NCBI GenBank assembly: GCA_002269645.1
Contig: NIVC01003166.1
Span: 62,001 to 126,000, forward strand
Source: Macrostomum lignano
Taxonomy: Eukaryota
Reading direction: 5' to 3'
DNA: 64,000 nt
Shown here one piece after another: positions 36,701 through 48,911 of this stretch (position 1 is the first letter of the stretch; the number at the start of each line of letters is the position of its first letter). The translations under genes and the position numbers were made by a program. The notes under the pieces were generated by a model that saw only the letters and a list, made by a program, of their open reading frames with translations, was not told the origin of the DNA and made no database searches.

Positions 36701-38364
36701 ATCCGTGGAACGCCTACGAACGCGAACTGCGTGACGCGTCGCAGTGTCTGGCCGCCTGCGCAGCCGCCATTGGCGATATTAAAGAAGTCAGAGACGACAG
36801 AGCCGATGGAGTGAGATGGCGGCTGGCCATGGCCTGCTGCGTGAGAGCGAGCCAGCCCAGCTGTCTGTTTTTCTACTCGCGTTCGGTCAGGGGTGAACTT
36901 CTGGTTCGCAAGAATGGAGGAGAAAACGACGGCGAGATTGGAAATATTCATCAATCCAACAAAGGCGAAGGCGAGGGCGAGAGCAATGGGACTAGTGTGG
37001 CTACTAAGTTGGATTATCGCTATCGATTGTTGGGATTTTCGCCGCCAGATTATGTGCGACTGTTGCCGTGTAGGTTGCCTATCGAGCAGTACCTAGTGGG
37101 AGATGCGATAGGAGGATCGGGTGTAGAGGGAGAGGGGATCGAGAAAGTCGAGGGAGATGGGGTAGAGAGGAGAGGGGGTAGAAAGGGAAAGGGGGTAGAG
37201 AGGGAGAAGGGGATAGCGAGGGAGAGGGGGTAGAGAGGGGGATGGGGTAGAGAGGGAGAGGGGGAAAGAGAGGGAGAGGAGAAAGAGAGGGAGAGGGTGT
37301 AGAGAGGGAGAGGGTGTAGAGAGGGAGAGGGTGTAGAGAGGGAGAGGGGGAAACAGAGGGAGAGGGGGAAAGAGAGGGAGAGGGGAAAGAGAGGGAGAGG
37401 GGGAAAGAGAGGGAGAGGGTGTAGAGAGGGAGAGGGGGGAAGATGGAAGGTCAGGGACAGCTAGGGAGAGGGAAAGGGGTGTTAGTTAGAAAGAAAGAAG
37501 ATATATAAAGGTAGAGAGAGGCAGTTTTGGACAGTAGCTAATGTAAGAAGACTGCAAGTTGCACAAGGAAGAATAGAGACGGAAAGACAGTAAGAACAAG
37601 AGTGAAAGTCAAGGCCATAAGGCAGAAAAAAAACAGATTATAAAAATGCAGTAATTCAATTCCAATTACTTGCAGCGGACCAAGCCCTGCTTTCGGCCAT
37701 GTACCACCGACTCACCAAGTCTTCAAGGTCACCTTGCCAACAACAGCAACAACAGGAGCAGCTCCTAGAAGAGCAGCAGCGGCAGCCGCTTCAACAGCAG
37801 CACAAGCACCTTCGCCTTGGCGGGTCTCCATGGCGACCAGACACGCCTGTTGCTGCCCGCTCCGCCCGCCTAGCGGTTCTTGAACTGTTGAACGCGGCTG
37901 CATGGTCAGTTGGCGTCCCGGAATGCTGGCTACCCAGCCAGCCAATCAGAGCGTCTGGTCGGGTAACCGAGAAGCCCTATCTGCTGCTTAGCAGTGATTC
38001 CAAGCGCTCAGAATACGACAGTTCGCAGCGGCGTCAGCGTTTCGTCTGTCTGGCACCCTCCGGTAGCAGCGCCCTGATGTTGGCTGGAGCAACAAGAGCT
38101 GAGTCTCGATTGGTCCGCGACACCTTGGAGTCTGCTGGCGCCCTGGCAGACGAGGAAGAGTTTACTAACGCTAAAGCCTCGCTTGTTGTTGTCGGTTTCC
38201 AGTTGAATCGTCGGTTTTGGTCTACCGGAGGGTCCGGCGGCGGCGGCGGAGGCTTGGCTTCCGCCACGACCTGCTGCTGCTGCTGTTGCTGTTGCTGCGT
38301 GGCGGCGGAGGAGGTCAGGGAACAGCCGGTCATTGGCTTCTGCTTGCTTTGCTCACTAGACTGA
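33776..38364 (+). CDS. Uncharacterised protein of ~4 internal alpha/beta repeats; join(33776..34376,36647..37120,37676..38364), ~587 aa
   Basis: Three separate ORF pieces share repeat motifs (xxCLAPSxS..L.L; KLQGQPW / LRLRGNPW / LRLGGSPW) and join in frame through phase-1 GT/AG sites (cacg|gtgggt, ctactcag|, tcgg|gtgtag, ttgcag|). The exon 2 donor (gtgtag) is weak, so that boundary is tentative. Confidence 0.72.
34412..36510 (+). repeat. 16-bp minisatellite (CTGTGGTAGAGTGAGG)n filling intron 1 of the repeat-protein gene
   Basis: About 130 copies, interspersed with the variant CTGTGGTGGACTAAGA. Confidence 0.97.
37125..37480 (+). repeat. GA-rich polypurine tract (intron 2 of the repeat-protein gene)
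   Basis: Direct reading. Confidence 0.85.
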
Positions 38365-38613
38365 CTAGGAGCGAGTGCGGTTTCCGCCTGCTGTGCGCTT
38401 CAGATGTGGCGTCGCGTTTAGTGAGCAGATCGGACACGGTGCCTGAGGACTGGCCGACACTGTGGCTGGCTGCACCGGCTGTTGAGTCAGCCGATGAGGC
38501 CCGGCAAGATTTTGTTTGAAGTGTTTTTTGTTTAACTGTGTAGCTGGAGAGGGTGAGGCTGAGTTTGATTTGCGAGCGCCGTAGCCTAATGGATTCCCAA
38601 TGCTTGTGCAATC

Positions 38614-38745
38614 AAGGCCCTTGAGGGCCAACCCCCAAGGCACAGTGAAGTGTACATGCCTAACGATAAATAAAGTTAGGGCCGCTGTACACTCCTGTGT
38701 GAGTGTGTGCCTGCGCGTATCCGCGCGCTTGTGTGCCTGCTCAGG
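38614..38745 (+). mobile_element. Third, truncated copy of the same SINE (middle body)
   Basis: Near-identical to 5339-5482 (gccaacccccaagg..cagtgaagtgtacatgcctaacgata...tgcctgctcagg). Confidence 0.8.
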
Positions 38746-39594
38746 TGATTGCCAAACCCATTTATTTGGCTTTGAACGCCAAGCCCCCAAGGTCCTTGTG
38801 TACTTCCCTGAGCATGAGATGTTTTTTGCTGCTTTGTGATTGTCTCGTTGATTTTCCTTTCATTGCGAAAAAAAACTACAACATTGATTTTTGCGTGACG
38901 AAAATACTCCAATAAAGATTTTATTTCATTGTTCTTGTTTATGCTGCTTCTGATTGGATTTACCAATCGGTGGCATTGCGAGTCATCGGAAGTGTCTTGT
39001 CTTGTACTTATTGCTGACGTTGTAGTTATTTTTTAGTGCCATAGATAGAATATCAGGTATGTTTATTCGTCTCTATCTGCCTGTTTGTGATCTGATTATG
39101 CCCTATTTTTTCATCGCTAAAGTGTGAGCTGGAGCCGTTAAATGGATTTGAATTTATAGAAGTCTAATTTTCTAACCCTCCAACCGCGCTTCAGTAAGCT
39201 GCACTTTGGAATATAAAGCTTCCGTTTCCTATAGTATTGGACAACCACTTTATCAACTTGCTGCTGTTCTTCCTTCCTTTCCATCCTTATCGGCGATCTC
39301 CCTCCATCAAATCTTCAATTGACAATCCTGCCTCACCTTTATCCTAGGCAGCTGAAGCACTACTGTATAAGCGCTTCTATGCCGTGTTTATAGTAAAGTA
39401 CAATGGGGGGCTTACAGACCAGTTCTAGCCCTTGGCTCCTAAGCAAATACGAGCTATTTGAAGAATAAATTCTAAAGCAGCTTTTTAGTAAGTGCTTCAG
39501 TGCGCTGACAAATTCTAAAGAGAATTTGCTCAGGACTTTAAATTGGATTGACTCAAACACGACTCAAGATGGAGGGCTATTCACACGTGACTCT

Positions 39595-41024
39595 GAATAA
39601 AGCGATTCGGACACGACTCTAAATGGGGTGATTCAGACACGAGTCTAAATGGAGTGATTTAGACACGAGTCTAAATGGGGCGATTTAGACACGAGTCTAA
39701 ATGGGGTGATTTAGACACGAGTCTAAATGGGGCGATTTAGACACGAGTCTAAATAGGGCGATTCAGACACGAGTCTAAATAGGGCGATTCAGACACGAGT
39801 CTAAATAACGCGATTCAGACACGAGTCTAAATGGGGTGATTTAGACACGAGTCTAAATGGGGCGATTTAGACACGAGTCTAAATGGGGTGATTTAGACAC
39901 GAGTCAAAATGGAGCGATTCAGACACGAGACTAAATAGGGCGATTCAGACACGAGTCTAAATGGGGTGATTCAGACACGAGTCTAAGCGGGGTGATTCAG
40001 ACACGAGTCTAAATAGGGCGATTCAGACACGAGTCTAAATAGGGCGATTCAGACACGAGTCTAAATAACGCGATTCAGACACGAGTCTAAATAACGCGAT
40101 TCAGACACGAGTCTAAATGGGGTGATTTAGACACGAGTCTAAATGGGGCGATTTAGACACGAGTCTAAATGGGGTGATTTAGACACGAGTCTAAGCGGGG
40201 TGATTCAGACACGAGTCTAAATAGGGCGATTCAGACACGAGTCTAAATGGGGCGATTTAGACACGAGTCTAAATGGGGTGATTCAGACACGAGTCTAAAT
40301 GGGGTGATTCAGACACGAGTCTAAGCGGGGTGATTCAGACACGAGTCTAAATAGGGCGATTCAGACACGAGTCTAAATAGGGCGCTTCGGACACGAATCT
40401 AAATGGGGCGATTCAGACACGAGTCTAAATAGGGCGATTCAGACACGAGTCTAAATAACGCGATTCAGACACGAGTCTAAGTGGGGCGATTCAGGCACGA
40501 GTCTAAATAGGGCGATTCAGACACGAGTCTAAATAACGCGATTCAGACACGAGTCTAAATGAGGCGATTCAGGCACGAGTCTAAATGGGGCGATTCAGAC
40601 ACGAGTCTAAATAACGCGATTCAGACACGAGTCTAAATAGGGCACTTCGGACACGAGTCTAAATGGGCGATTCAGACACGAGTCAAAATGGAGCGATTCA
40701 GACACGAGACTAAATAGGGCGATTCAGACACGAGTCTAAATAGGGCGATTCAGACACGAGTCTAAATAGGGCGATTCAGACACGAGTCTAAATAGGGCGA
40801 TTCAGACACGAGTCTAAATAGGGCGCTTCGGACACGAGTCTAAATAGGGCGCTTCGGACACGAGTCTAAATAGGGCGATTCAGACACGAGTCAAAATGGA
40901 GCGATTCAGACACGAGACTAAATAGGGCGATTCAGACACGAGTCTAAATAGGGCGATTCAGACACGAGTCTAAATAGGGCGATTCAGACACGAGTCTAAA
41001 TAGGGCGCTTCGGACACGAGTCTA
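39595..41024 (+). repeat. 26-bp palindromic minisatellite (AGACACGAGTCTAAATGGGGCGATT(C/T))n
   Basis: About 55 copies; the core (T/C)AGAC-ACGA-GTCTA is an inverted repeat. Confidence 0.96.
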
Positions 41025-42462
41025 TTTTTTTCGTAAACGTTACTACTAAATTTGAAGCATTTTTGTGTAAAGCCGAAACTACGCTCGTGGTTCACTTTTT
41101 AATATATTTTCCAATCTCTTGGTGAGTGTGTAGTGCAGTGCAGTGTGTCATGTAAGTGAAGGCATATCAACTATTGTTGAAGTAGGTGTCTAGCAATAAA
41201 CAAGGCAATGTCCATAAAATTCCAAGAGGAACTGTTTAGAGAGGGATAGAGATGAGGCCATACTTATGTGGGGGCCACCATATAAGCCACTCAGCTTTCG
41301 TGCTTGGCGTGTGTTATAGACTGCCGTGCGACACCTTATTTTTCCGGCTTCGTTGCACTTTTATAACTGCCGGGCAATATTGGCCGTGCAGCAATTCTGT
41401 CGGTTGTGTGCACTCGCTCAAGTCTTCTCTCGTCTCTTTCTATCTTTTAGTCTCCCGCCATCTCTGCATGGTGCTCAATCAATACCAGCTAGCTAGGCCG
41501 CAACCCGATCCCCAGCCAAAAGACTTATGCTAAAAAAATTCTTTCAAAGCTGCATTTATGAGCCAATCTATCGTGCAGTGAAACATCTTTTTTTCAATTT
41601 AAGTCTCAATTAAGTATATGGCTGAGTGTATTCCCTTAGCTCGCAGCAGTTAAAACCTATGCTTTTAAATTTATTTATACTTGAAAGTCTCCAGGGACTC
41701 GAATTCATTTAAATTTTATTATTTAACCTCGCGTAACGCTGGGTGTTCAATCCGGAGGTTTTTTCCTTTCTTAATCAAGCTAAAATCATGTAAATTTATT
41801 CGATCCTCAATTTATTAAAATGCTACTATGAGTTACAACTTTGGGGCTTTGTACCTCAGTGCCTTGTGTCTCAGTGCCTTCCTCAGGTTCTGGCCCCCAT
41901 GAGGGGATCAATTGTCCCTCATGAGGGGGACGTGTTTACCGGCTCTCTACTACCCCCCCCCCCTAAACAAGAAATTGAGTTTGCCTTGTTCTTTCTCTTC
42001 TCCTTTGACCTGCATTTCGTGCTTCCGATACATATAGGCAGCTATATTTAGCTACCCCGGAAGTGCAAGCTGATTACGGGCAGAGGGAGACGTTGGCATC
42101 TCTGTCGGGAACGAATACAGCTGCTCGCTTTTTATCTTGTGTGTCCTAAAGCTCTCCTGCTTTTCTTACATTCATTTCCTGCTGTATAGCGGCGTCTTTG
42201 CTGCGACCCTATCGTTTCGCTGTCGGCAGGATTTCAGGAAATGAGATCAGTTGGGATAATTAAGCAGTAATTTCACCGACTCAATTGATCTATCTATGCT
42301 CAAGATTGAAGCTTCTGCATGTGCTAAGAAAAATCGAACTGTTTTCTTTTGCTGACTAGGTATAATCATAAATCATGTATTGTACTTCAGTTTTTTAAAG
42401 CCATTTCTCCTGTTTTTATTCCAGCCGATATATTGTCGTTTATTAACGAAACGGTCTTGCCA

Positions 42463-45400
42463 ATGAGTTCCTACTTTAGTCGTCTAACTAAACTGCTATT
42501 CGAACTCGAATCTGTTGGGGGAAATGTCTACAGGTCTATATTGATACCTGGGTGAGTGTCTTTGCCGTTGTCAAACATACGTGTCCTTAATGGCTATTAT
42601 TGAAGTGAGGTTAAAATGACGTTTCTGTCGAATTCTGTCGAAGGCCCACAAAGCATCTCTATCCGGCCCTCGGGTCCTTTTGAAACTTCTCAGAAGCAAT
42701 CCGGCCCCGCTCAGGGTTTGTGTCTCTTCTTAGCTCTCTTCTCTCACCTCTCTCTTCTCCTCTCCTCTCCTCTCCTCTTCTCTCTTCTCCTCTCCTCTCC
42801 TCTCCTCTCCTCTCCTCTCCTCTCCTCTCCTCTCCTCTCCTCTCCTCTCCTCTCCTCTCTTCTCCTCTCCTTTCGACTCCTCTCTCCTCTCCTCTCCTCT
42901 CCTCTCCTCTCCTCTTCTCTCTTCTCCTCTCCTCTCCTCTCCTCTCCTCTCCTCTCTCTCTTCTCTTCTCCTCTCCTCTCCTCTCCTCTCCTCTCCTCTC
43001 CTCTCCTCTCCTCTCCTCTCCTCTCCTCTCCTCTCCTCTCCTCTCCTCTTCTCTCTTCTCCTCTCCTCTCCTCTCCTCTCCTCTCCTCTCCTCTCCTCTC
43101 CTCTCCTCTCCTCTCCTCTCCTCTCCTCTCTTCTCCTCTCCTTTCGACTCCTCTCTCCTCTCCTCTCCTCTCCTCTCCTCTTCTCTCTTCTCCTCTCCTC
43201 TCCTCTCCTCTCTCTCCTCTCCTCTTCTCTCTTCTCCTCTCTCTCTCCTCTCCTCTCCTCTCCTCTCCTCTCCTCTCCTCTCCTCTCCTCTCTCCTCTCC
43301 TCTCCTCTCCTCTCCTCTCCTCTCCTCTCCTCTCCTCTCTCTCCTCTCCTCTCCTCTCCTCTCCTCTCCTCTCCTCTCCTCTCCTCTCCTCTTCTCTCCT
43401 CTCCTCTCCTCTCCTCTCCTCTCCTCTCTTCTCCTCTCCTTTCGACTCCTCTCTCCTCTCCTCTCATTTGGACTCCCCTCTCCTCTCATCTCCATTTTCC
43501 TCTCCCTTTCCTCCTCTCTCCTCTCCTCTCCTCTCCTCTCCTCTTCTCTCTTCTCCTCACCTCTCCTCTCTTCTCCTCTTCTCTTCTCTCCTCTCCTCTT
43601 CTCTCCTCTCCTCTCCTTTATTTCTTCGCCTCTCCTTTCTCCTATTTCATTTCTCTATTCTCTCTCTATCCTGTCTCCCCTCTTCTGGCCCGCAGTCCTG
43701 CTCTGGGTTCTCTATCTGGCCCTGGAGGTAAAAAGTTTGCCGACCCCTGAGTTAAATGATTAAATTTCTGTAGATTTAAATGATACATTAGAAATTTATA
43801 TAATATTTTATTAAATAAAGCAGTACAGATACAGATTTTTACTATCGCGACTTTTACAGATTTTTGACAAATTTAGAAAATAAATATACTTACACTCTAC
43901 TTATTTTAGTAGAGCATTGAGCTCGCATCGCACTCCCCACCCATTGACATTTCAGCAGCCAGCCGCTTTGGCAGGGCACTAGACGCGGCTTATTCGGCGG
44001 CCAAGTAGCCGCTCAGTGCCTCTCGGCTGCCTATAAAACCGTGCCAGAGGATCGGCTGTGTCACAGTTTTCACAGCTATTTTATCTCGCTTGGTAAAGCT
44101 TTATATCTTTTTTAAGTTGAAAAACATTTCGAGGGGGGTAGACAATTGTGAAACTAATAGAACGTTTGGTTAGGTGGCTGGGGTGGCTGCGAGACTGGAT
44201 ATTTTATTGCCGGCTAGCTTGTTGTACTCGTAAAATGTACGTTTGAGCGGGCTATAAAATTTATTGCCGCGGAGTGGGGTGGGCGCTGCCGCGTAGAATG
44301 TACACTGTGGTTTAGCTTTCGCAAAGGCCCAAACAACCTAATATGCAGGATCCGAAAAGCCTGTTGCTATTTTTAGAATAGGTAATTCCGTTTTCAATTT
44401 AATGACCTTCGGGGAACCCCTTGGGTAATAGAAGCATAAAAATCTACGGTTTTGGTTTAACAATCCGCCTCAGGAGATACAAATGTATGCGATTTTCATC
44501 AGTTTGCTAATGTTACTACTTGAACATTATATTAGTAGTAGTAGTAGTAGTGTAACATTTACTTATTCCTATAATGTTTAGGCGACCAAGCTCTGCCAGT
44601 GTACTATCACGTTAGTCAAATCCGCGACGGCCGCTCCTACACTAGTCGCATGATTGAAGGCGTTCAAAAGGACAAAACAATCTTCTCAATGATTGCTTCA
44701 TTCTCGAAACCCGAGGCCGATATAGTGCATATTACTCAACCGATGCCAAAGACTTTGCAGCCTGAGGACCTAGATCTGATGGGATTCTTGGCGGCCCTTA
44801 TTGCGTAAGTGATTATTTTCTGTGATAAATATACTTGTGAGTTTGGCACATTTAATTGAATTTTAATTCAATAAATTGACCGTTTTTTGTAAATTTGTAA
44901 ATTTCTCCACTTCAGCAATGAGGATCTGTCTCCAAATCTGCGCAAAGCTGTCAAACAGCGCGTGGAACAGTTCACCCATGTGCCAGTGGAGCTGCAGCCC
45001 ACTGATCCGCTGGTGTACTTTCGCGTCCGGCCGTCAGACGAGCCGACCGTCCATTCCTGGGTTCGGTTTCGAGAAGCTCAGGAGACTGAAGCTCAGGTGA
45101 GTAATATTTATTGCTCTAAATGCATGTCTCCGTGTGCTTTATTCTCAGATACCCAGTTCCAGATCCTCAGTTTCTGAGACGCCAGCCTCCCAGATCCTCA
45201 GTTGCTGAGACGCCAGCCTCCCAGATCCTCAGTTGCTGAGACGCCAGCCTCCCAGATCCTCAGTTGCTGAGACGCCAGCCTCCCAGATCCTCAGTTGCTG
45301 AGACGCCAGCCTCCCAGATCCTCAGTTTCTGAGACACCAGCCTCCCAGATCCTCAGTTGCTGGGCCAGCCTCCCAGATCCCCAGTTTCTGGGTCAGCCTC

Positions 45401-46377
45401 CCACATCCTCAGTTGCTGGGCCAGCCTCCCAGATCCTCAGTTGCTGGGCCAGCCTCCCAGATCCTCAGTTGCTGGGCCAGCCTCCCAAATCCTCATTTAC
45501 TATGCCATCAGTCTCCCAGATCCTCAGTAGCTGAGCCAGCCTCCCAGATCCTCAGTAGCTGAGCCAGCCTCCCAGAGTGTCAGTTGCTGGGCCAGCCTCT
45601 CAGATCCTCAGTTGCCGGGCCAGCCTCCCAGATCCTCAGTTGCTGGGCCAGCCTCCCAGATCCTCAGTAGCTGAGCCAGCCTCCCAGATCCTCAGTTGCC
45701 GGGCCAGCCTCCCAGATCCTCAGTTGCTGAGCCAGCCTCTCAGATCCTCAGTTGCCGGGCCAGCCTCCCAGATCCTCAGTTGCTGGGCCAACCTCCCAGA
45801 TACTCAGTAGCTGAGCCAGCCTCCCAGATCTTCAGTTTCTGAGACACCAGCCTCCCAGATCCTCAGTTGCTATGCCAGCCTCCCAAATCCTGGGCCACCA
45901 GCCTCCCAGATCCTCATTTACTATGCCATCAGCCTCCCAGATCCTCAGTTACTATGCCACCAGCCTCCCAGATCCTCATTTACTATGCCATCAGCCTCCC
46001 AGCTCCCCACCTGTTTCAACCTGCAGCTCAGCAGTCAGCAGAGCCACATCCTCACGACCTACCTGGCCGATATGGGCATCCTGGTCGCCGGTCTAAGCAG
46101 CGTTCGATTGCACAAAGCATTCGTCACCTCGCTGGATCATTCCGTGTACTTCCACGAGCCGATGCTTTCGCCCAGCGACTATCTTCTATCCGAGTCGCAC
46201 TGCCTCTATGGCGGCCGGGGCCGAACCAGCAACAAAGGCAACCTGTGGCGCAGAGACGGCTCTCTGGTGGCTACAATCTTTCAGGAGGGCCTGGTGCGAA
46301 TGCAAAGGCCAACGGAAAAAGAGCGGGCTAGCGGTGCTGCCAATGTTAGTGTCGGTGACGCTGGCGTGAAAGCTTAG
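42463..46377 (+). CDS. ACOT8: Acyl-CoA thioesterase 8 / TesB-type, paralog A; join(42463..42551,43956..44092,44582..44804,44916..45096,46027..46377), 326 aa
   Basis: Motifs [78 protein letters not shown]. Splice phases are consistent (981 nt). The exon 2 acceptor is NAGNAG-like (43956 or 43959). The protein ends GVKA, with no PTS1. Confidence 0.88.
42740..43640 (+). repeat. (CTCCT)n microsatellite in ACOT8-A intron 1
   Basis: Direct reading; it explains the SSPLL/ERRGE artefact ORFs. Confidence 0.97.
45165..46000 (+). repeat. ~27-30-bp minisatellite (GCCAGCCTCCCAGATCCTCAGTTGCTG)n in ACOT8-A intron 4
   Basis: Direct reading. Confidence 0.92.
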
Positions 46378-46409
46378 TGAAATGTTAATAATTAGTTCTA
46401 TATTGACAA

Positions 46410-47310
46410 TTGACGCTGAGATTAGATATACTGATGAGGTGAGAGATGCTGAGATTAGATACACTAATGATGAGGTGAGAGATGCTGAGATTAGATATAC
46501 TGATAAGGTGAGAGATGCTGAGATTAGATACACTGGTGATGAGGTGAGAGATGATGATATTAGATACACTGGTGATGAGGTGAGAGATGATGATATTAGA
46601 TACACTGGTGATGAGGTGAGAGATGATGATATTAGATACACTGGTGATGAGGTGAGAGATGCTGAGATTAGATACACTGGTGATGAGGTGAGAGATGCTG
46701 AGATTAGATACACTGGTGATGAGGTGAGAGATGCTGAGATTAGATATACTGATGAGGTGAGAGATGCTGAGATTAGATACACTGGTGATGAGGTGAGAGA
46801 TGCTGAGATTAGATACACTGGTGATGAGGTGAGAGATGCTGAGATTAGATACACTGGTGATGAGGTGAGAGATGCTGAGATTAGATACACTGGTGATGAG
46901 GTGAGAGATGCTGAGATTAGATACACTGGTGATGAGGTGAGAGATGCTGAGATTAGATATACTGATGAGGTGAGAGATGCTGATATTAGATACACTGGTG
47001 ATGAGGTCAGAGATGCTGAGATTAGATACACTGATAAGGTGAAAGATGATGAGATTAGATACACTAATGATGAGGTCAGAGATGCTGAGATTAGATACAC
47101 TGATAAGGTGAAAGATGATGAGATTAGATACACTAATGATGAGGTCAGAGATGCTGAGATTAGATACACTGATAAGGTGAAAGATGATGAGATTAGATAC
47201 ACTAATGATGAGGTCAGAGATGCTGAGATTAGATATACTGATGAGGTGAGAGATGCTGAGATTAGATACACTGGTTTTAAGGTGAGAGATGCTGATATTA
47301 GATACACTTG
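46410..47310 (+). repeat. 36/33-bp minisatellite immediately 3' of the ACOT8-A stop
   Basis: (GATGAGGTGAGAGATGCTGAGATTAGATACACTGGT)n; open in one frame as (DEVRDAEIRYTG)n. Confidence 0.95.
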
Positions 47311-48911
47311 TGAGAGATCCTATGGTGACGCAAATCCAAGATTCAATTTTCTGAGATAAAAGACAAAGTAAGATGCAAGCTAAAGTTTATTGAAATTAGC
47401 GCTGTGCAATCATTTTTTACCTTTTTAAAAGATACGTTAATCCTTAAGTAGTTACCTTTGTGTGTTTAGAAGTCTTCTCATACTTTTGCAGCGATGTTGT
47501 ACTTTAATATAATAAAGTTTTAGATTTCTTATTTTACAGTAGTAATGCGTTTAGTGAAATTATTATTTAATGCTCTTATAGTATTTAGTTTAAAATGTGA
47601 TCAATAAAGTTCTGCTTTTTAGTCTCGTGTTGTCTAAAATGCTTCGTCAGGGTATTGTCCTGTGCTCAATGACTTAAGCTACTTTTTTTCATTTTTTATA
47701 CTACTGACAATCTTCTCATTGTTAGTAGTAGCGCGTTTTTTATTTCAGCTTGATTTTTTTGTTTTTTGACGGTCTAATTTAAAACTGGGCTTTGAGAAAT
47801 CTCAATAAAATACACATGTCACACTTAGGATAAAACAAAATATTAAAAGTGTGACAAAGCCTCCATACCATCGCGCCATGGCTCTAAGCTTCTGTTTTGG
47901 AATTTAGTTTTCAAAAAAATCATTTAAAGCTTTTTTGACTTGACGTTAATTTTTAATTTAAAGTAATTCTAGAAAATTGTAAGAACTATAAATTGCCGAT
48001 ATGTACATGATCAAAATAGTCTTTTTATCTGAAGCTTTATGATTGATAGTTTCATAAAATTTACTTAAAAGCTCCGTCAATATGTATTTTTTCGATATTG
48101 TCTAATCCTTTAATTATCAACTATTTGCTAGTTGGGCCACTCTTCAACCATCTTTATGCATTTTTTTTCAGCGGAAACCATTGCTGTAGGGACAACAGAG
48201 ACAGGAAAAGATTTCTCACAATTTCTCACAAACGCCATGTCCTCTATTGTCAAAGTACCCACTGTTCTTAATTAGTGTCGCTTGTTTTAAGTACAAACAC
48301 AGTCTCTGTCTCGAGACAAAGAATTCTCCAGACAAAGGATTCTCATAGCTAATAAAAGAAACAACGAACGGAAACTTGTTAACAGAGATCACATTAGCGA
48401 TGCTTTGTCGAAGCTTTTCATTTCCTCAAAATTTATGATATTGAGATTGAAACGAAATCACTCCTGTCTGGTCTGTGTGATGACTTCTTCTCTAGCGGAA
48501 GACAGTGAGCCAAGACTTCTTAATTCTTAATATTTGCTCTCTTAACCGAGCGTCTTATTTCATGTTATCGTAACGTTCTTTTTTATTTTCCAACCTGGAA
48601 GCATTGCTTTTTTAGCTCATGGATGTGTGCGACTGAATCGTCTATGGCCACACCCAACAGTCTGTACATCCGTATGTATGAGTGCGTGACTGCGTTAAGT
48701 ATTGGCGAGCTAGTACATGTATGTGCTCAGGGTCAGCTAAATGGGCAGAATTGCCGTCAGAGCCGGTTCTGGGACCAAGTCGCCAGGATGCCCTCTGCCC
48801 TCCCCTGAATATAGGCCCAGCCTAGGTCTCAGGTGTCTTTGAAAAAGATCGATTTTAATAATGGATTTGCTTTTATAAGTAAAAATTAGCGGCTAAATTC
48901 ATTCCAGTCGC

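Noticed and set aside
37712-38790. Minus-strand poly-Q/poly-P ORFs (38034..38333, 38330..38611, 38365..38790)
   Set aside because: No minus frame stays open across the region, whereas the plus frame carries the family repeat motifs and a phase-matched acceptor.
39595-41024. CRISPR-like array (palindromic repeat plus variable part); same consideration for 19911-20685, 26805-27617 and 33488-33695
   Set aside because: The variable parts are only ~8 nt or absent and are related to each other, there are no unique spacers or cas genes, and the context is eukaryotic and spliced.
42616-43763. SSPLL / ERRGE repeat ORFs
   Set aside because: (CTCCT)n microsatellite inside ACOT8-A intron 1.
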